A stretch of DNA of 31,878 nt from a virus: the IMG/VR virus record IMGVR_UViG_3300045988_091287; one strand, given 5' to 3'. The position numbers were made by a program, and so were the translations under genes. Below are positions 21,955-31,114 of the stretch, piece by piece; the first letter of the stretch is position 1, and every line of letters starts with the position of its first letter. The notes below the pieces were generated by a model that was not told where the DNA came from, made no database searches, and saw nothing but the letters and a program-made list of their open reading frames with translations.

Positions 21955-22655
21955 TTAACGCCCCCTGTCTGCCTCGATTATCGGCATAAACTCGTCTATG
22001 ATCTCTTGCCCTGTTTTCTTATGTGTTGAGGGCTCGGGTGCGTATTGGCGTCGCTCCGTGCGTTCTGCACCTATTGTTTTATTCAAAAATTCTTGATAGC
22101 TTATAGGACTATCAGCACCTTTAAGCTTACTTACTGCGTCATTGGCTAGCCACAACGGAAACAACCTTTTTTCTATGTCTGCTTTCGCCGCCTGTTCCTC
22201 TTTACGCCGAGCGGCTGCTATAAGGCTTTCAAGCTCTGAGAGCGGTAAGTCTGCTATTAGGTCAAAGCAATAATACTTATTGAGCAGTATTAGTGTCTCA
22301 GCTCTACTTTCTTTCGTAGAGCAGAGCTGAAAAAATTCAGAACGCCGCTATCACCTATAAGCTCTTTGATTACCTCGATAGCGTCAAGCTTTTCAGCTTC
22401 TTCGACGCTTACGCCCTTATAAGCCGCTACGAACTCAGCGAGAAAATCTGATACACTGTCGAGCTGAGGCAGTATTGCGGCGAACATTTCTGCACCTACT
22501 ATAGCTGCCTTTTCTTTTGTGAGCTGTTTCATAGCCTCGTCCGGGGACTTAGCCTCTGCGAATATATCAAGGTTCTTAAGCTTGTCGATAACAGGCTTAA
22601 TGTCGAGCTTAGCTGTGATTTTGAGCAAAATTGCCATTGACTTTATATTGAGCAT
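21955..22655 (-). CDS. Tail assembly chaperone GT-type fusion made by a -1 programmed frameshift
   Basis: The -1 frame is open from the slippery site to 21955. It joins ...VLNFF to QLCSTKESRAETLILLNKYY...LFPLWLANDAVSK... The frame offset was checked: (22655-22164) mod 3 = 2. Confidence 0.65.
22290..22655 (-). CDS. Tail assembly chaperone (G-type, zero-frame product)
   Basis: 121 aa, acidic, located between the major tail protein and the TMP. Confidence 0.7.
   Translation of the reverse strand: MLNIKSMAILLKITAKLDIKPVIDKLKNLDIFAEAKSPDEAMKQLTKEKAAIVGAEMFAAILPQLDSVSDFLAEFVAAYKGVSVEEAEKLDAIEVIKELIGDSGVLNFFSSALRKKVELRH
22329..22335 (-). promoter_or_regulatory. -1 ribosomal frameshift slippery heptamer T TTT TTC
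   Basis: Zero-frame codons are AAT TTT TTC (22337-22329), in the X XXY YYZ register, 12 codons before the G stop. Confidence 0.65.
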
Positions 22656-22672
22656 TGTTTATTCCTCCGTTC

Positions 22673-23254
22673 TTATGCGTGCGAGGCTTCGGCTGCTTTG
22701 CGCATTGTGAACTCGCTTACGTCTGTTATCTGCCAGAGATCGCCGTCAAGATCGTCAACGGTGTAGTGCGCCGCAAATTCGAGCGCAAGCTCACCCTCGG
22801 CTTTCTGAACTGCCTTTGCCGATATGCCACCCTCGTGCATAGCGTTATACACCACAATTTTCTTATACTCGCCGTCAAGAGTGCGACAGAACATCGTTAC
22901 ATTTTTGAGATAGTCGCTGCTTTCGGGTACGCCCATTTTCGGATTTTTTATGGTTTTGCCGTCACCCTCAATTCGTGCGAATGGCATAGCTAGCTTTAAG
23001 TTCTCCTGTGACATACAGATAGTAGTCACTTTAAGGCTAGCCGCCTGTTCTTCGATAGGCTGTAAGCCTGCTGTCTTGCCGTTTCTGCCGTCAAACTCAA
23101 TATCTCTGAGAGTTGCCGTCGCCGTGAACTCACCGCCGCCACGACACGGCGCAAGCGGTCTTTCAGTGGTTTCGCCGTAGTCAAGGACTATAACGCCCTC
23201 GTCGATCTGTATTTTTTCGATTTCTTTTTTTGTGAGGTTTTTCACTATTGACAT
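22673..23254 (-). CDS. Major tail protein
   Basis: 193 aa, immediately upstream of the chaperone pair, with a strong SD. Confidence 0.7.
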   Translation of the reverse strand: MSIVKNLTKKEIEKIQIDEGVIVLDYGETTERPLAPCRGGGEFTATATLRDIEFDGRNGKTAGLQPIEEQAASLKVTTICMSQENLKLAMPFARIEGDGKTIKNPKMGVPESSDYLKNVTMFCRTLDGEYKKIVVYNAMHEGGISAKAVQKAEGELALEFAAHYTVDDLDGDLWQITDVSEFTMRKAAEASHA

Positions 23255-23653
23255 TTAGTCGCCCTCCTTATTGTAATAAAATACTCTTGCCGTCCATTCT
23301 TGGCGGCGATGATTAATGTCAAACTCCGCCTCTTGCAGCGGCGTTTCTTTTTCAAAGTTTAAATGCCCGCTTAGTTGCGGCGCTTTGATAATTGACTTAT
23401 TAAGCATATTTCGCAAGTTATCACACACGTCGATTATATCTTCTCCATTGTCAAAGAGCTTATCGTTTCCGTACACATCGACATAAAAGGCTATAAGTTC
23501 TGCGTCCTCGTCTGTGATACCTGTTCGTATAGGCGAATTGATTACGCAGTATATAGGCTCGTTGTCTTGTGCGGCGTCCTCAAAGTATGCGGGTATGATC
23601 TCATTGAACATACCGACTATGCTCGTAAATAAGCTTTTTGACAACACCGACAT
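23255..23653 (-). CDS. Tail completion / tail terminator-type protein (positional call)
   Basis: 132 aa, between the gp10-like gene and the major tail gene. Assigned by synteny only. Confidence 0.45.
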   Translation of the reverse strand: MSVLSKSLFTSIVGMFNEIIPAYFEDAAQDNEPIYCVINSPIRTGITDEDAELIAFYVDVYGNDKLFDNGEDIIDVCDNLRNMLNKSIIKAPQLSGHLNFEKETPLQEAEFDINHRRQEWTARVFYYNKEGD

Positions 23654-24187
23654 TTAGTCGTCCTCCTCATAGTCCTTATCGTCGATTTTTGATTTTGCTT
23701 TTTCGATTTCTTCCGAAAGCAGTTTCAAATACTCCTCTTGCGCTGCTCGTATCTCGGAAATATTGTTGTATACAGAATTTCTAAGAACGTGCGTTGCTGC
23801 TTGTCCAGGGTGATTTACGTTGTGTCCGTACTTCGTAGCTGTACTCTTATCGTACATTGTCTTGCTCGAATGTATAAGGTGCGGTTTTGTTCCCTCTTCA
23901 ATCCACCACGGCGACGAATGCGAGGGCTGCTTGCCTCGCTTCTTGACTTTCTGCCAGCCGTAGAAACCTATCTGCATTTGCGGCTGCCCCGTCTTGCGGT
24001 CGATGAATACCCACGATGCTATATGATTTTTAATTCGCTTAGTTCTAAGCGGTACATCATCACGAATATGCTTTCTTATGACTTTACCGCTAGCTCTTAG
24101 TGCAGATTTCGCAAGCCCTGCCATTACTTTCTTGACTTCGGGCGATGTATCAACGAATATAACTTCTGATTTCTTAGACATTTTCAT
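23654..24187 (-). CDS. HK97 gp10-family neck protein
   Basis: The NHPGQAATHVLRNSV motif resembles the gp10-family HxG...pFL signature. Its position in the connector block is consistent. Confidence 0.55.
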   Translation of the reverse strand: MKMSKKSEVIFVDTSPEVKKVMAGLAKSALRASGKVIRKHIRDDVPLRTKRIKNHIASWVFIDRKTGQPQMQIGFYGWQKVKKRGKQPSHSSPWWIEEGTKPHLIHSSKTMYDKSTATKYGHNVNHPGQAATHVLRNSVYNNISEIRAAQEEYLKLLSEEIEKAKSKIDDKDYEEDD

Positions 24188-24485
24188 TTACCAACGCTGT
24201 GCATATGATTTCAAGGTTTTCGGCTTTTGTAGGGTACGAACGCAATATGCGGTACATATCGCCGCCGTACTCGAAATATTCCTCTTTGTGATACTCAGAG
24301 GCTTTTATTTCTACGCAAAGCTCGGGCTTATATCCTGCCGTCTGAGCCTGGTAGAACTCATTGCGCTTTATGCCTTTCTCATTGCAGAAAATTTCACGCT
24401 TTTCATACTCGGTCTTGGTTGGTCGCCTCATAGCGTCGAGCTTTTTGACAGCTTTACAAAGATAGCCTATATCACGCCATAGCAT
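24174..24485 (-). CDS. Head closure / head-tail adaptor protein (SPP1 gp16-like)
   Basis: 103 aa with the typical size and position. Contains the ...REIFCNEKGIKRNEFYQAQTAGYKPELCVEI... pattern. Confidence 0.6.
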   Translation of the reverse strand: MLWRDIGYLCKAVKKLDAMRRPTKTEYEKREIFCNEKGIKRNEFYQAQTAGYKPELCVEIKASEYHKEEYFEYGGDMYRILRSYPTKAENLEIICTALVNENV

Positions 24486-24487
24486 AG

Positions 24488-24796
24488 CTATTCCTCCCTA
24501 GTTTCAAGATACTCGTCGCTCAGCGTAAGCTTGCGTTTAAGCATTTCATAACTTTCACGATACTTAGGAGCGTCGGCATTATCAAGTCCGAACTCGGCTT
24601 TCACATATGCGGAGATAGCCCGCTTAATAAGCGGGTCATCTTCATCACATACTTTATCACGCCTTATGCCCTCGAGCTGTAAATCAGCTCGAGCGGCTGA
24701 TATAATGTCTTTGATCTCATCATCAAGGCGAGTATGATTGATACGGAGCGCCGCTCTGAACGCAATCACATATTGTTCCGATATATTGTCTTTCAT
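24488..24796 (-). CDS. Head-tail connector protein (gp6-like)
   Basis: 102 aa. AFRAALRINHTRLDDEIKDIISAARADLQLEGI is typical of gp6-like connectors. It directly follows the capsid gene. Confidence 0.65.
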   Translation of the reverse strand: MKDNISEQYVIAFRAALRINHTRLDDEIKDIISAARADLQLEGIRRDKVCDEDDPLIKRAISAYVKAEFGLDNADAPKYRESYEMLKRKLTLSDEYLETREE

Positions 24797-24816
24797 TATG
24801 CAGCACTCCTTTTAGG

Positions 24817-26028
24817 CTACTTCGCTTTCTTCACGCCGTATACAACGGTTTCGGGCTGTAATGCTCCGCTCCATATGCCGTAGGCGGTGTAATCGTTGCG
24901 GCGCTTAGCACCGCTCACGTCACGGGTGATAGAAATGCGCTCGTGCTCATTCATCTTGTAGTATCTGCTGAGGTTTCCTATGATGAAGTCACCGTCATTA
25001 AGGTACGGGTCAGCCTCGACAGGATATGTAGCAATGCTTTTAATGCCTGCTCCGTTGATAGGCGTGTAGATGTAGTTTCCATTTGCGTCCTTAGTGAACG
25101 ATATATCGTTGATGATAGAGTTTGAAACGTATATCTTAGCGCCTACAAGGTGCTTTTTGCTCTTGAACTTGCCGAGAGCTACACCGATAGCGTCGAGAGC
25201 CGTTCCCTCGTATTCGTACTTAACAGCGTCTTTTGATATACCGCTGAGCTGATCGTCTGTTGAGCCTGTTCCGTAGATAGTTTCGGTAACGCTCTTATCT
25301 TCCATTTGTTCCGTGAGTTCGCCCATAAGATATGAGATAAATTCCTTGACAGCCATTGCTTCAAGTCTCCACGAAACAGGGATAGTTGCCGCAATCTCGG
25401 AAATAGACAGCGTAAGGTCTTTCCATTCGATTGACGTTTCGGGTGTCTTAGCATTTTCCTTTACATTCTTAGGCTTTGTGATTGTTGAACGATACGGGAA
25501 CTTTGTAAGTCCAGGAACAGCAGTCTTAGACACATCACGGAAAATAGGCGATACAAGCCCGATATGCTCGAGTAGCGAAAGGTTCATATCGGTTGGGATA
25601 AAAAGTCCGCCATTATTTACGCCGTCAGCCGAACCGCTCGGCGCAACGAATGTTGTTGCGGTAGTGGTGAGCGCCGTGTCAAGCGCTCTGCTTTCTTTTT
25701 CAGTCAGAGAGCGATTAAGCAACGTCTTAGCGAACGCTGATTTATATTCCGGCGTGGCTAATACAGCCCTAGGCTCAGAACTCTCTGCCTCGTGTCCTTC
25801 GTTGCGCTGCTCTACGAACGGATTAGGGATTGAGCTTGATGTTTCGCTTGCCTCGCCGAGTGCTGTCGCCCTGCGGTCAAGGTCTGAAAGCTCGGCGTTG
25901 AGCTGCCTCAGTTCCTCCGTGATATTGTCGATGTTGATTGCGTTTCCGTCTGCGTCAACGCCTTTTTCAAGCAGTTCCCTTATTTCTGCTTTGCGGCGGT
26001 TGATCTCACTCTTTCTTTTTTCAAACAT
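24817..26028 (-). CDS. Major capsid protein, HK97 family
   Basis: 403 aa with an N-terminal coiled-coil delta-like region. It follows the prohead protease. Confidence 0.85.
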   Translation of the reverse strand: MFEKRKSEINRRKAEIRELLEKGVDADGNAINIDNITEELRQLNAELSDLDRRATALGEASETSSSIPNPFVEQRNEGHEAESSEPRAVLATPEYKSAFAKTLLNRSLTEKESRALDTALTTTATTFVAPSGSADGVNNGGLFIPTDMNLSLLEHIGLVSPIFRDVSKTAVPGLTKFPYRSTITKPKNVKENAKTPETSIEWKDLTLSISEIAATIPVSWRLEAMAVKEFISYLMGELTEQMEDKSVTETIYGTGSTDDQLSGISKDAVKYEYEGTALDAIGVALGKFKSKKHLVGAKIYVSNSIINDISFTKDANGNYIYTPINGAGIKSIATYPVEADPYLNDGDFIIGNLSRYYKMNEHERISITRDVSGAKRRNDYTAYGIWSGALQPETVVYGVKKAK

Positions 26029-26043
26029 TGTTTTTCCTCCTCG

Positions 26044-26646
26044 TTAAATATAAGTCATTGCTATTGCTACTTTTCTGCGGCGTTCCTGCTCCAGTTTTTC
26101 AAAATCTTTCTGCCGCTCCGTCTCGAAAGATTTCCTCGCAGAAATCGACGTCTGCTCATATGCCGGCATATCCACCGCTGAGACATCATATAGCTTTCTT
26201 ATCTTAGTTACTCTCCTGGTATGAGTTTCAGCGTCGTACTCCTCGCCGTCGTCCGCTACCGTGAAAGCAAAAGACATCTTGTCAATATAGCCTCCTCTGA
26301 TTTCTTCCCATAGCTTGCGCCCCTCGTCCGTTCCCGATAAATCGGCGGTCACGTCTACGCCCTCAGAGTTAAAGTCAAGCTTAAGTGTATTATTTCTAAG
26401 GCGAGCGACTACCTTTCCGCTGTGGTTATAGTTCATAATCACATCTGATGTATCGCACCCTATGAATGCGTTGCGGTCGATTACCTCGAAATACTTGACG
26501 CCCTCAAATTCTGCAAGGCAGGTGGGGCTATCAAATACAACGGCACGTCCTTTTACCTGGTACGCAGGCGTATTCTCGTCGCTAGACGGAATGGCAGCGA
26601 CGGACGAGAAAACTCTATATTCTCGTTCTCCTGGTTTGAATGGCAT
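26044..26646 (-). CDS. Prohead protease, HK97 family
   Basis: 200 aa. The VKGRAVVFDSPT...MNYNHSG...DKMSFAFTV pattern matches, and it lies between the portal and capsid genes. Confidence 0.85.
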   Translation of the reverse strand: MPFKPGEREYRVFSSVAAIPSSDENTPAYQVKGRAVVFDSPTCLAEFEGVKYFEVIDRNAFIGCDTSDVIMNYNHSGKVVARLRNNTLKLDFNSEGVDVTADLSGTDEGRKLWEEIRGGYIDKMSFAFTVADDGEEYDAETHTRRVTKIRKLYDVSAVDMPAYEQTSISARKSFETERQKDFEKLEQERRRKVAIAMTYI

Positions 26647-26648
26647 TG

Positions 26649-27890
26649 TTATTCCTCCTCTTTTCCGCCCTCTTGCGGCGGTTGATCGTCTGAACTATCT
26701 CCGAGCTGATATTCATCGGCTCTGTCTGCATTAACCATATTTAGCGTTTGCACACGACGAGCGCCTTCCTCTCCGCCTAGCGGTGACATATTATAAGCTA
26801 AAAGTACGTTATCAACTGTGATAGCTCCTATGTCAGCGAGAAACTTCAAGGCGGTCGTTTTATCGGAGAGCTTTTCGTTTTGGAGGGAGTTTCCCTCGAA
26901 AATAATCTCGTTTCCGTAACCCATTTCACGAGCTGAAAACAGACCATTTGTGAAAGCCTGTGATAGCTGTGCGTAGAATGGCGCTATCTCACCGTTGTAG
27001 AAAGACGACGCCTGCTCGGGCGTTTCCTTGTTTTGTACAATTTCTTCCGATACGCCAAAATAATCGTATATTTCAGATTTGATATATGCAAGCTGACCTG
27101 TCGGGATAGGTGTTTGTTTGTCCGTTATAGGCGTGTATTCGTATTTGTTGTCAGTAACGATAACGCCCGCTCCGTTATTGTCCATTTTAAGATTATCACG
27201 GATAAAATCATCACGGCGGCGGTTGAGATCATCTGTCTTTGTGGTTGACTGCACTTTCAGAATACCACGCACAACGCTGACTAGCTCGGCCATTTTCCCC
27301 ATAGATTGATTAAACGTATTTGCTGTTGCAAGTACGGCGGTAATAGGCTTATTACTATCGCCGAAAATATCGTTATCGTTGAAATTTCTGCCGATATGAA
27401 TAAGATCGGTATACGGCAAAGTATATACATTGCCCGTCGCAAACGTCATTTTGCAGCAAAGTTCGCCGCTGACGTTTATAAGCTCAATAGAGCTTGCGTT
27501 TACGTTATACAGCGCCTCGAGGGCGCCTGTTGCTGCATTCCATACAGGATATACAAACGCATTATTGTATATCTTGTATTGTGTGGCGAGCCGGTAATAG
27601 AATTTATACGCCGTCGTATATGGGTTAGGTCGGAATTGTAGCAAGCTATTATATCGACTATTAGCAACATCTGCAAACTTGCCCTCGCCTCGGCGTATGT
27701 GCCGAGGCCTTACGTCCGCACATCTGCGTGCGAAAGCGTCAACGGCGGCACGAACTGTATTTATGTCATATGCGTTTCCCGAAAACGGCGCAAATAACGT
27801 CTGATAGGTATTTAGCAAGCGAAATTGTTCGGACGTATTAGCATTTTTGTTTTTGCCGAAAATTGTTTCAAAAAGCCCTCGTTTTCGCAT
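26649..27890 (-). CDS. Portal protein, HK97 family
   Basis: 413 aa, immediately downstream of TerL, with an acidic C-terminus. Confidence 0.85.
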   Translation of the reverse strand: MRKRGLFETIFGKNKNANTSEQFRLLNTYQTLFAPFSGNAYDINTVRAAVDAFARRCADVRPRHIRRGEGKFADVANSRYNSLLQFRPNPYTTAYKFYYRLATQYKIYNNAFVYPVWNAATGALEALYNVNASSIELINVSGELCCKMTFATGNVYTLPYTDLIHIGRNFNDNDIFGDSNKPITAVLATANTFNQSMGKMAELVSVVRGILKVQSTTKTDDLNRRRDDFIRDNLKMDNNGAGVIVTDNKYEYTPITDKQTPIPTGQLAYIKSEIYDYFGVSEEIVQNKETPEQASSFYNGEIAPFYAQLSQAFTNGLFSAREMGYGNEIIFEGNSLQNEKLSDKTTALKFLADIGAITVDNVLLAYNMSPLGGEEGARRVQTLNMVNADRADEYQLGDSSDDQPPQEGGKEEE

Positions 27891-27900
27891 TTCAAATCAC

Positions 27901-29574
27901 CTACCCTACGTTGTACATATAATCTTCGTAATCTCTGACATATACCACCCAGGCATTAAGTAGAGATACCATACCGTCTATTCTTCGTTTTTCGGAAATC
28001 TTAACGGGCATTATGTTATTAAGCCCTTGCTCTTTCTTACCCGTGTTAGATAGACACCACTTAAGCACGGGATTGTTATTATAATTCACAAGCTTGTCTT
28101 GCAGCGCCGCTCCGAGTTCTCGCATAGGCTGAGAAAATGTATAAGTTCCTTGAATTACTTTATCCATTGTGAAACCGTTAGCGGTCATTTCGTCCACCCA
28201 GTAGCCGGCAAGCGCCCGGTCGTAGCCGCATTTCCAACAGTCAATCTTATATCGCTCACGCATTTGTACAAACCACGCTGTAACATCACTATAATTGACA
28301 CGAGCACCTTGACAGGCGGTGAGCAATCCTCTTTCAGCCCATAGCTTATAAGGAGCTTCATCGTTACTATGACCGCCACTGCGTTGCTTTTTGTCGGCAA
28401 GCTCATCAATTCGGGCTTGTGGCAAAAAGTAATGTTGCAACACATATACTGTCTTATCGTTCGGTTTGCGGATAAGCAACGTAGCGCAAGTGAGGTCGGT
28501 CGTTGATGATAGGTCACAACCGCCGATAGCGTATGTGTCGTAAACGTCCGCAAGGTCAAATGTAGCCTCGTTGTTGATTACGTCGAAAGGCAGCCACGCC
28601 GTACTGTCGTTCTCTCGCACGTTAAAGTCCTTGCAGAGAACGCCTGCTCTGTCAGCAGGGTTTTTCTTGGCTCGCTCGACGAATGATCTAAGCGTTTCAA
28701 CTTGCTTGATCTTGCCGAGCCCTGGATTAGCTTTAATCCACATTTTCGGGTCAAGCCACTCCGAGCGTTCGTCCAGCTCGTAGAGAATGGGCAGAAATGC
28801 TTCGTCTACTTCTTCGCCGTCAGCTACTCGACAGGCGTACTCGTACATATCGTCGAAAATACATTCACGCACCGTTCCCGCTGTTGTAATCATCACAATG
28901 AGCGGTTGACGGCGTGAAGATGTTGATTGCTTCATAACTTCGTACAAGTTTCTATCTCGAATAGCGTGCAGCTCGTCAATGATTACCCCGTGCGAGTTAA
29001 GACCGTCAAGGGTGTTACTGTCAGAGGCAAGCGCTTCAAATTTAGAGCTTGTCGCCGCAAAGTATACATCATTGCGGCGTTTTTTTATAACAGCTCTGAG
29101 CTCGGGCGATTGCTTAATCATATTAACAGCTTCCGTAAGTGCTTTGCGAGCTTGGTCTTTCTTAGTCGCTACTGAGTATATCTCGGCTGCACCCTCATAG
29201 TCAGCGACGAGTAAGTATAATGCAATGCCTGCCATAAGCGTTGTTTTGCCGTTTTTTCTGCCGACAAGGAACATCGTTTCTCGAAAACGGCGATAACCTG
29301 TTTCTTTGTCGAGAAAACCAAAAAGAGCTTGAATGTAAGCCCGCTGAAAGAGTTCAAGCTCGAGCGGCGCTCCGAGGTCGCCTTGCGATTGCTTGCAGAA
29401 AGTTTCTATAAAACTAATAGGACGTTCGCCTGTTTCTTCGTCAAAATAATACTTGAAGTTCTTCGGCGGACGATCTATTTCTTTAAGCAGCCGTGTATAA
29501 ACTTTCCGCACTCGTGCGGAGGTTTTTATTTTGCCTCGTTTAATCAGCTCGACATATTCACGGATATAGTTCAA
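27901..29574 (-). CDS. terL: Terminase large subunit
   Basis: 557 aa with Walker A in LVGRKNGKTTL and a nuclease-type C-terminal half. The TTG start overlaps the TerS stop (TTGA). Confidence 0.9.
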   Translation of the reverse strand: MNYIREYVELIKRGKIKTSARVRKVYTRLLKEIDRPPKNFKYYFDEETGERPISFIETFCKQSQGDLGAPLELELFQRAYIQALFGFLDKETGYRRFRETMFLVGRKNGKTTLMAGIALYLLVADYEGAAEIYSVATKKDQARKALTEAVNMIKQSPELRAVIKKRRNDVYFAATSSKFEALASDSNTLDGLNSHGVIIDELHAIRDRNLYEVMKQSTSSRRQPLIVMITTAGTVRECIFDDMYEYACRVADGEEVDEAFLPILYELDERSEWLDPKMWIKANPGLGKIKQVETLRSFVERAKKNPADRAGVLCKDFNVRENDSTAWLPFDVINNEATFDLADVYDTYAIGGCDLSSTTDLTCATLLIRKPNDKTVYVLQHYFLPQARIDELADKKQRSGGHSNDEAPYKLWAERGLLTACQGARVNYSDVTAWFVQMRERYKIDCWKCGYDRALAGYWVDEMTANGFTMDKVIQGTYTFSQPMRELGAALQDKLVNYNNNPVLKWCLSNTGKKEQGLNNIMPVKISEKRRIDGMVSLLNAWVVYVRDYEDYMYNVG

Positions 29575-29939
29575 GCCTGCTGCTTCCCTTTCGGCTTCTT
29601 AATGGCGAACTGCAACAGCGCCTCGCCTGCTTTGTCGGCGTCAGCAGCTGGCACTACCTCGTTGAGCTGCTTAATGATTGTCGTGTAGTTCTTAACCATA
29701 GCATTGTACTGAGAAATCAATGGGTGTGCACGATCTATGCTATAATTACCTTGCGGCATAGATACAAGCAGCCCGTCGCTGTCTATGCGCTGCTCCATTT
29801 CTGCTAGTTTTTCTTGCATAAAAACAGCCCGTTTCATCAAGTCCTCGTTGATTTTAAGCTTATCTTTCGGCATATTTTTATACAAATTCTTAAGTTTGTT
29901 TAACTCTTTTCTTCTTATTTTAAATACGTCCTCATTCAC
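29571..29939 (-). CDS. terS: Terminase small subunit (P27-family-like)
   Basis: 122 aa, of typical size and position upstream of TerL. GTG start 11 nt after AAGGAG. Confidence 0.65.
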   Translation of the reverse strand: MNEDVFKIRRKELNKLKNLYKNMPKDKLKINEDLMKRAVFMQEKLAEMEQRIDSDGLLVSMPQGNYSIDRAHPLISQYNAMVKNYTTIIKQLNEVVPAADADKAGEALLQFAIKKPKGKQQA

Positions 29940-30078
29940 CTTAAAATCAGCTCCTTTCTGTTTGAGTAGGGGGGTCTATATGCACCCGTGGAGGCTCAAA
30001 AAGGACTTATACGCGGTTCTCAAAAATAAGCCTCATGATTTTGCACCCGGGGGTGTATTTGTGGGAAAAAATTTCCGT

Positions 30079-30288
30079 TCAGACCTCACGCACGGTGGCA
30101 ATTTCTACCGCAACAGCCGTCAGCGGATTGATAATCACTTTGTTTCCGTCAACTGTGTCGAGCAGCACGCAGCCCTCCTCGAGTGCGGCACATAGCTCGT
30201 CCTCAAACTCTATGCCATTGTGAGCAATGACCGTATATTCAATCGCTGCTCCTGTTGTTGCATATATCGTTATGTCCTGCACTTTCAT
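30079..30288 (-). CDS. Hypothetical small acidic protein
   Basis: 69-aa ORF with SD agaggtg. It overlaps the HNH 3' end by 50 nt in another frame. Confidence 0.4.
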   Translation of the reverse strand: MKVQDITIYATTGAAIEYTVIAHNGIEFEDELCAALEEGCVLLDTVDGNKVIINPLTAVAVEIATVREV

Positions 30289-30580
30289 CGCTGCACCTCT
30301 TGACTAAGTTTCCGTCTGCGTCGAACATAAGCTCTCGGTCTACTGCTAGAGTGCCCTCGTGTTCTATTGCGTGACAATTTCTGCATAGCAATTCGAGGTT
30401 ATCTTCGCTTAACGCAATAGAGGGATTGTTGATATTCTTAGGCGTTAAATGTATCTTGTGGTGTACGATCTCGCCAGGAGCTCCACACCTTACGCATAAG
30501 CCGCAATCACGCTTATACACATAGGCTCGCAGTTCACGCCACGGCTTTGAGTTATAAAAATCTTTTGCAAATTCTCGCAT
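30239..30580 (-). CDS. HNH endonuclease (terminase-associated)
   Basis: CGLCVRCG...IVHHKIHL...N...CRNCHAIEH. Located just upstream of the terminase genes. Confidence 0.85.
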   Translation of the reverse strand: MREFAKDFYNSKPWRELRAYVYKRDCGLCVRCGAPGEIVHHKIHLTPKNINNPSIALSEDNLELLCRNCHAIEHEGTLAVDRELMFDADGNLVKRCSDESAGHNDICNNRSSD

Positions 30581-30699
30581 ATTGTGCGTCCCACCCCTCG
30601 CTTATCTTAATATGCTCTATACCCTTGTGCATTGCTGCACGTTTCCATACTACGATTATACGGCGTTTATTTAATTATTTCCATACGGAATATTTTCGG

Positions 30700-31113
30700 C
30701 TATATAGACATCAACGTAGGTGCGCCGTAGTATCTGAGCGCAAAGTTAGCAACTGCTTTATTACGCAGGCTGTAAAGGGTCGATAAAGACTCTATGTGCA
30801 TTGCTGCGAGTATCTGTTCTTTCGGCTTTTTGTCAACGTACCAAAGACGGAGTATCTCTTGTCCTTCGTCGTCGAGCTGCGACAATACACACTCTATGTC
30901 AGATATGAGGTTTTTCGTCCTCTGTAAGCAACGCTTAAGCTCTATTTCCTCTAGCCCACATTCGAGATACTGTTCGATAGATTTAACGTTGCTATACTTA
31001 GGCTTACTGCTTGCCTGTGCGATATGGCTCGCTCGGCCATTGATATTTTCTATTGCTGCGTTAAGCGCAGGAATAGACCCGAGCAACTGTTCGGCTGACT
31101 TAAAATAATTCAT
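30700..31113 (-). CDS. Putative late-gene transcription activator with a sigma-70 region-4-like HTH (ArpU/RinA-like position)
   Basis: C-terminal LRLWYVDKKPKEQILAAMHIESLSTLYSLRNKAVANFA. Located upstream of the HNH and terminase genes. The ATG at 31113 is preferred over the GTG at 31122. Confidence 0.55.
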   Translation of the reverse strand: MNYFKSAEQLLGSIPALNAAIENINGRASHIAQASSKPKYSNVKSIEQYLECGLEEIELKRCLQRTKNLISDIECVLSQLDDEGQEILRLWYVDKKPKEQILAAMHIESLSTLYSLRNKAVANFALRYYGAPTLMSI

Positions 31114-31114
31114 A

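Noticed and set aside
25313-26047. Long plus-strand ORFs antisense to structural genes (for example 25313-26047 at 244 aa, 20124-20639 at 171 aa, 15053-15385 and 14155-14445).
   Set aside because: Their composition is low-complexity and Ser/Ala/Leu-rich, they have no SD or promoter context, and they lie fully inside confidently assigned minus-strand genes (capsid, TMP, BppU-like, DGR target). This is typical of antisense open frames.
14607-26660. Recurrent late-gene start context (gga)ggaataacaATG at 14607-14626, 22653-22672 and 26644-26660.
   Set aside because: It is mostly a strong SD plus an A-rich spacer, and the copies are shorter and more degenerate than the early 20-mer. It is probably convergent optimisation of initiation regions rather than a distinct element.
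28185-28559. 124-aa minus-strand ORF nested in the TerL gene, and similar nested ORFs such as 13709-14050, 16611-16883, 20218-20454 and 25179-25454.
   Set aside because: They are alternative frames inside long, confidently assigned genes, with no independent initiation signals.
30029-30039. The 11-nt string gcctcatgatt is shared between 30029-30039 and the palindrome at 9622-9632, which could be a possible att/cos repeat.
   Set aside because: Hundreds of 11-mer matches are expected by chance within a 32-kb sequence when both strands are considered, and the flanks do not match.
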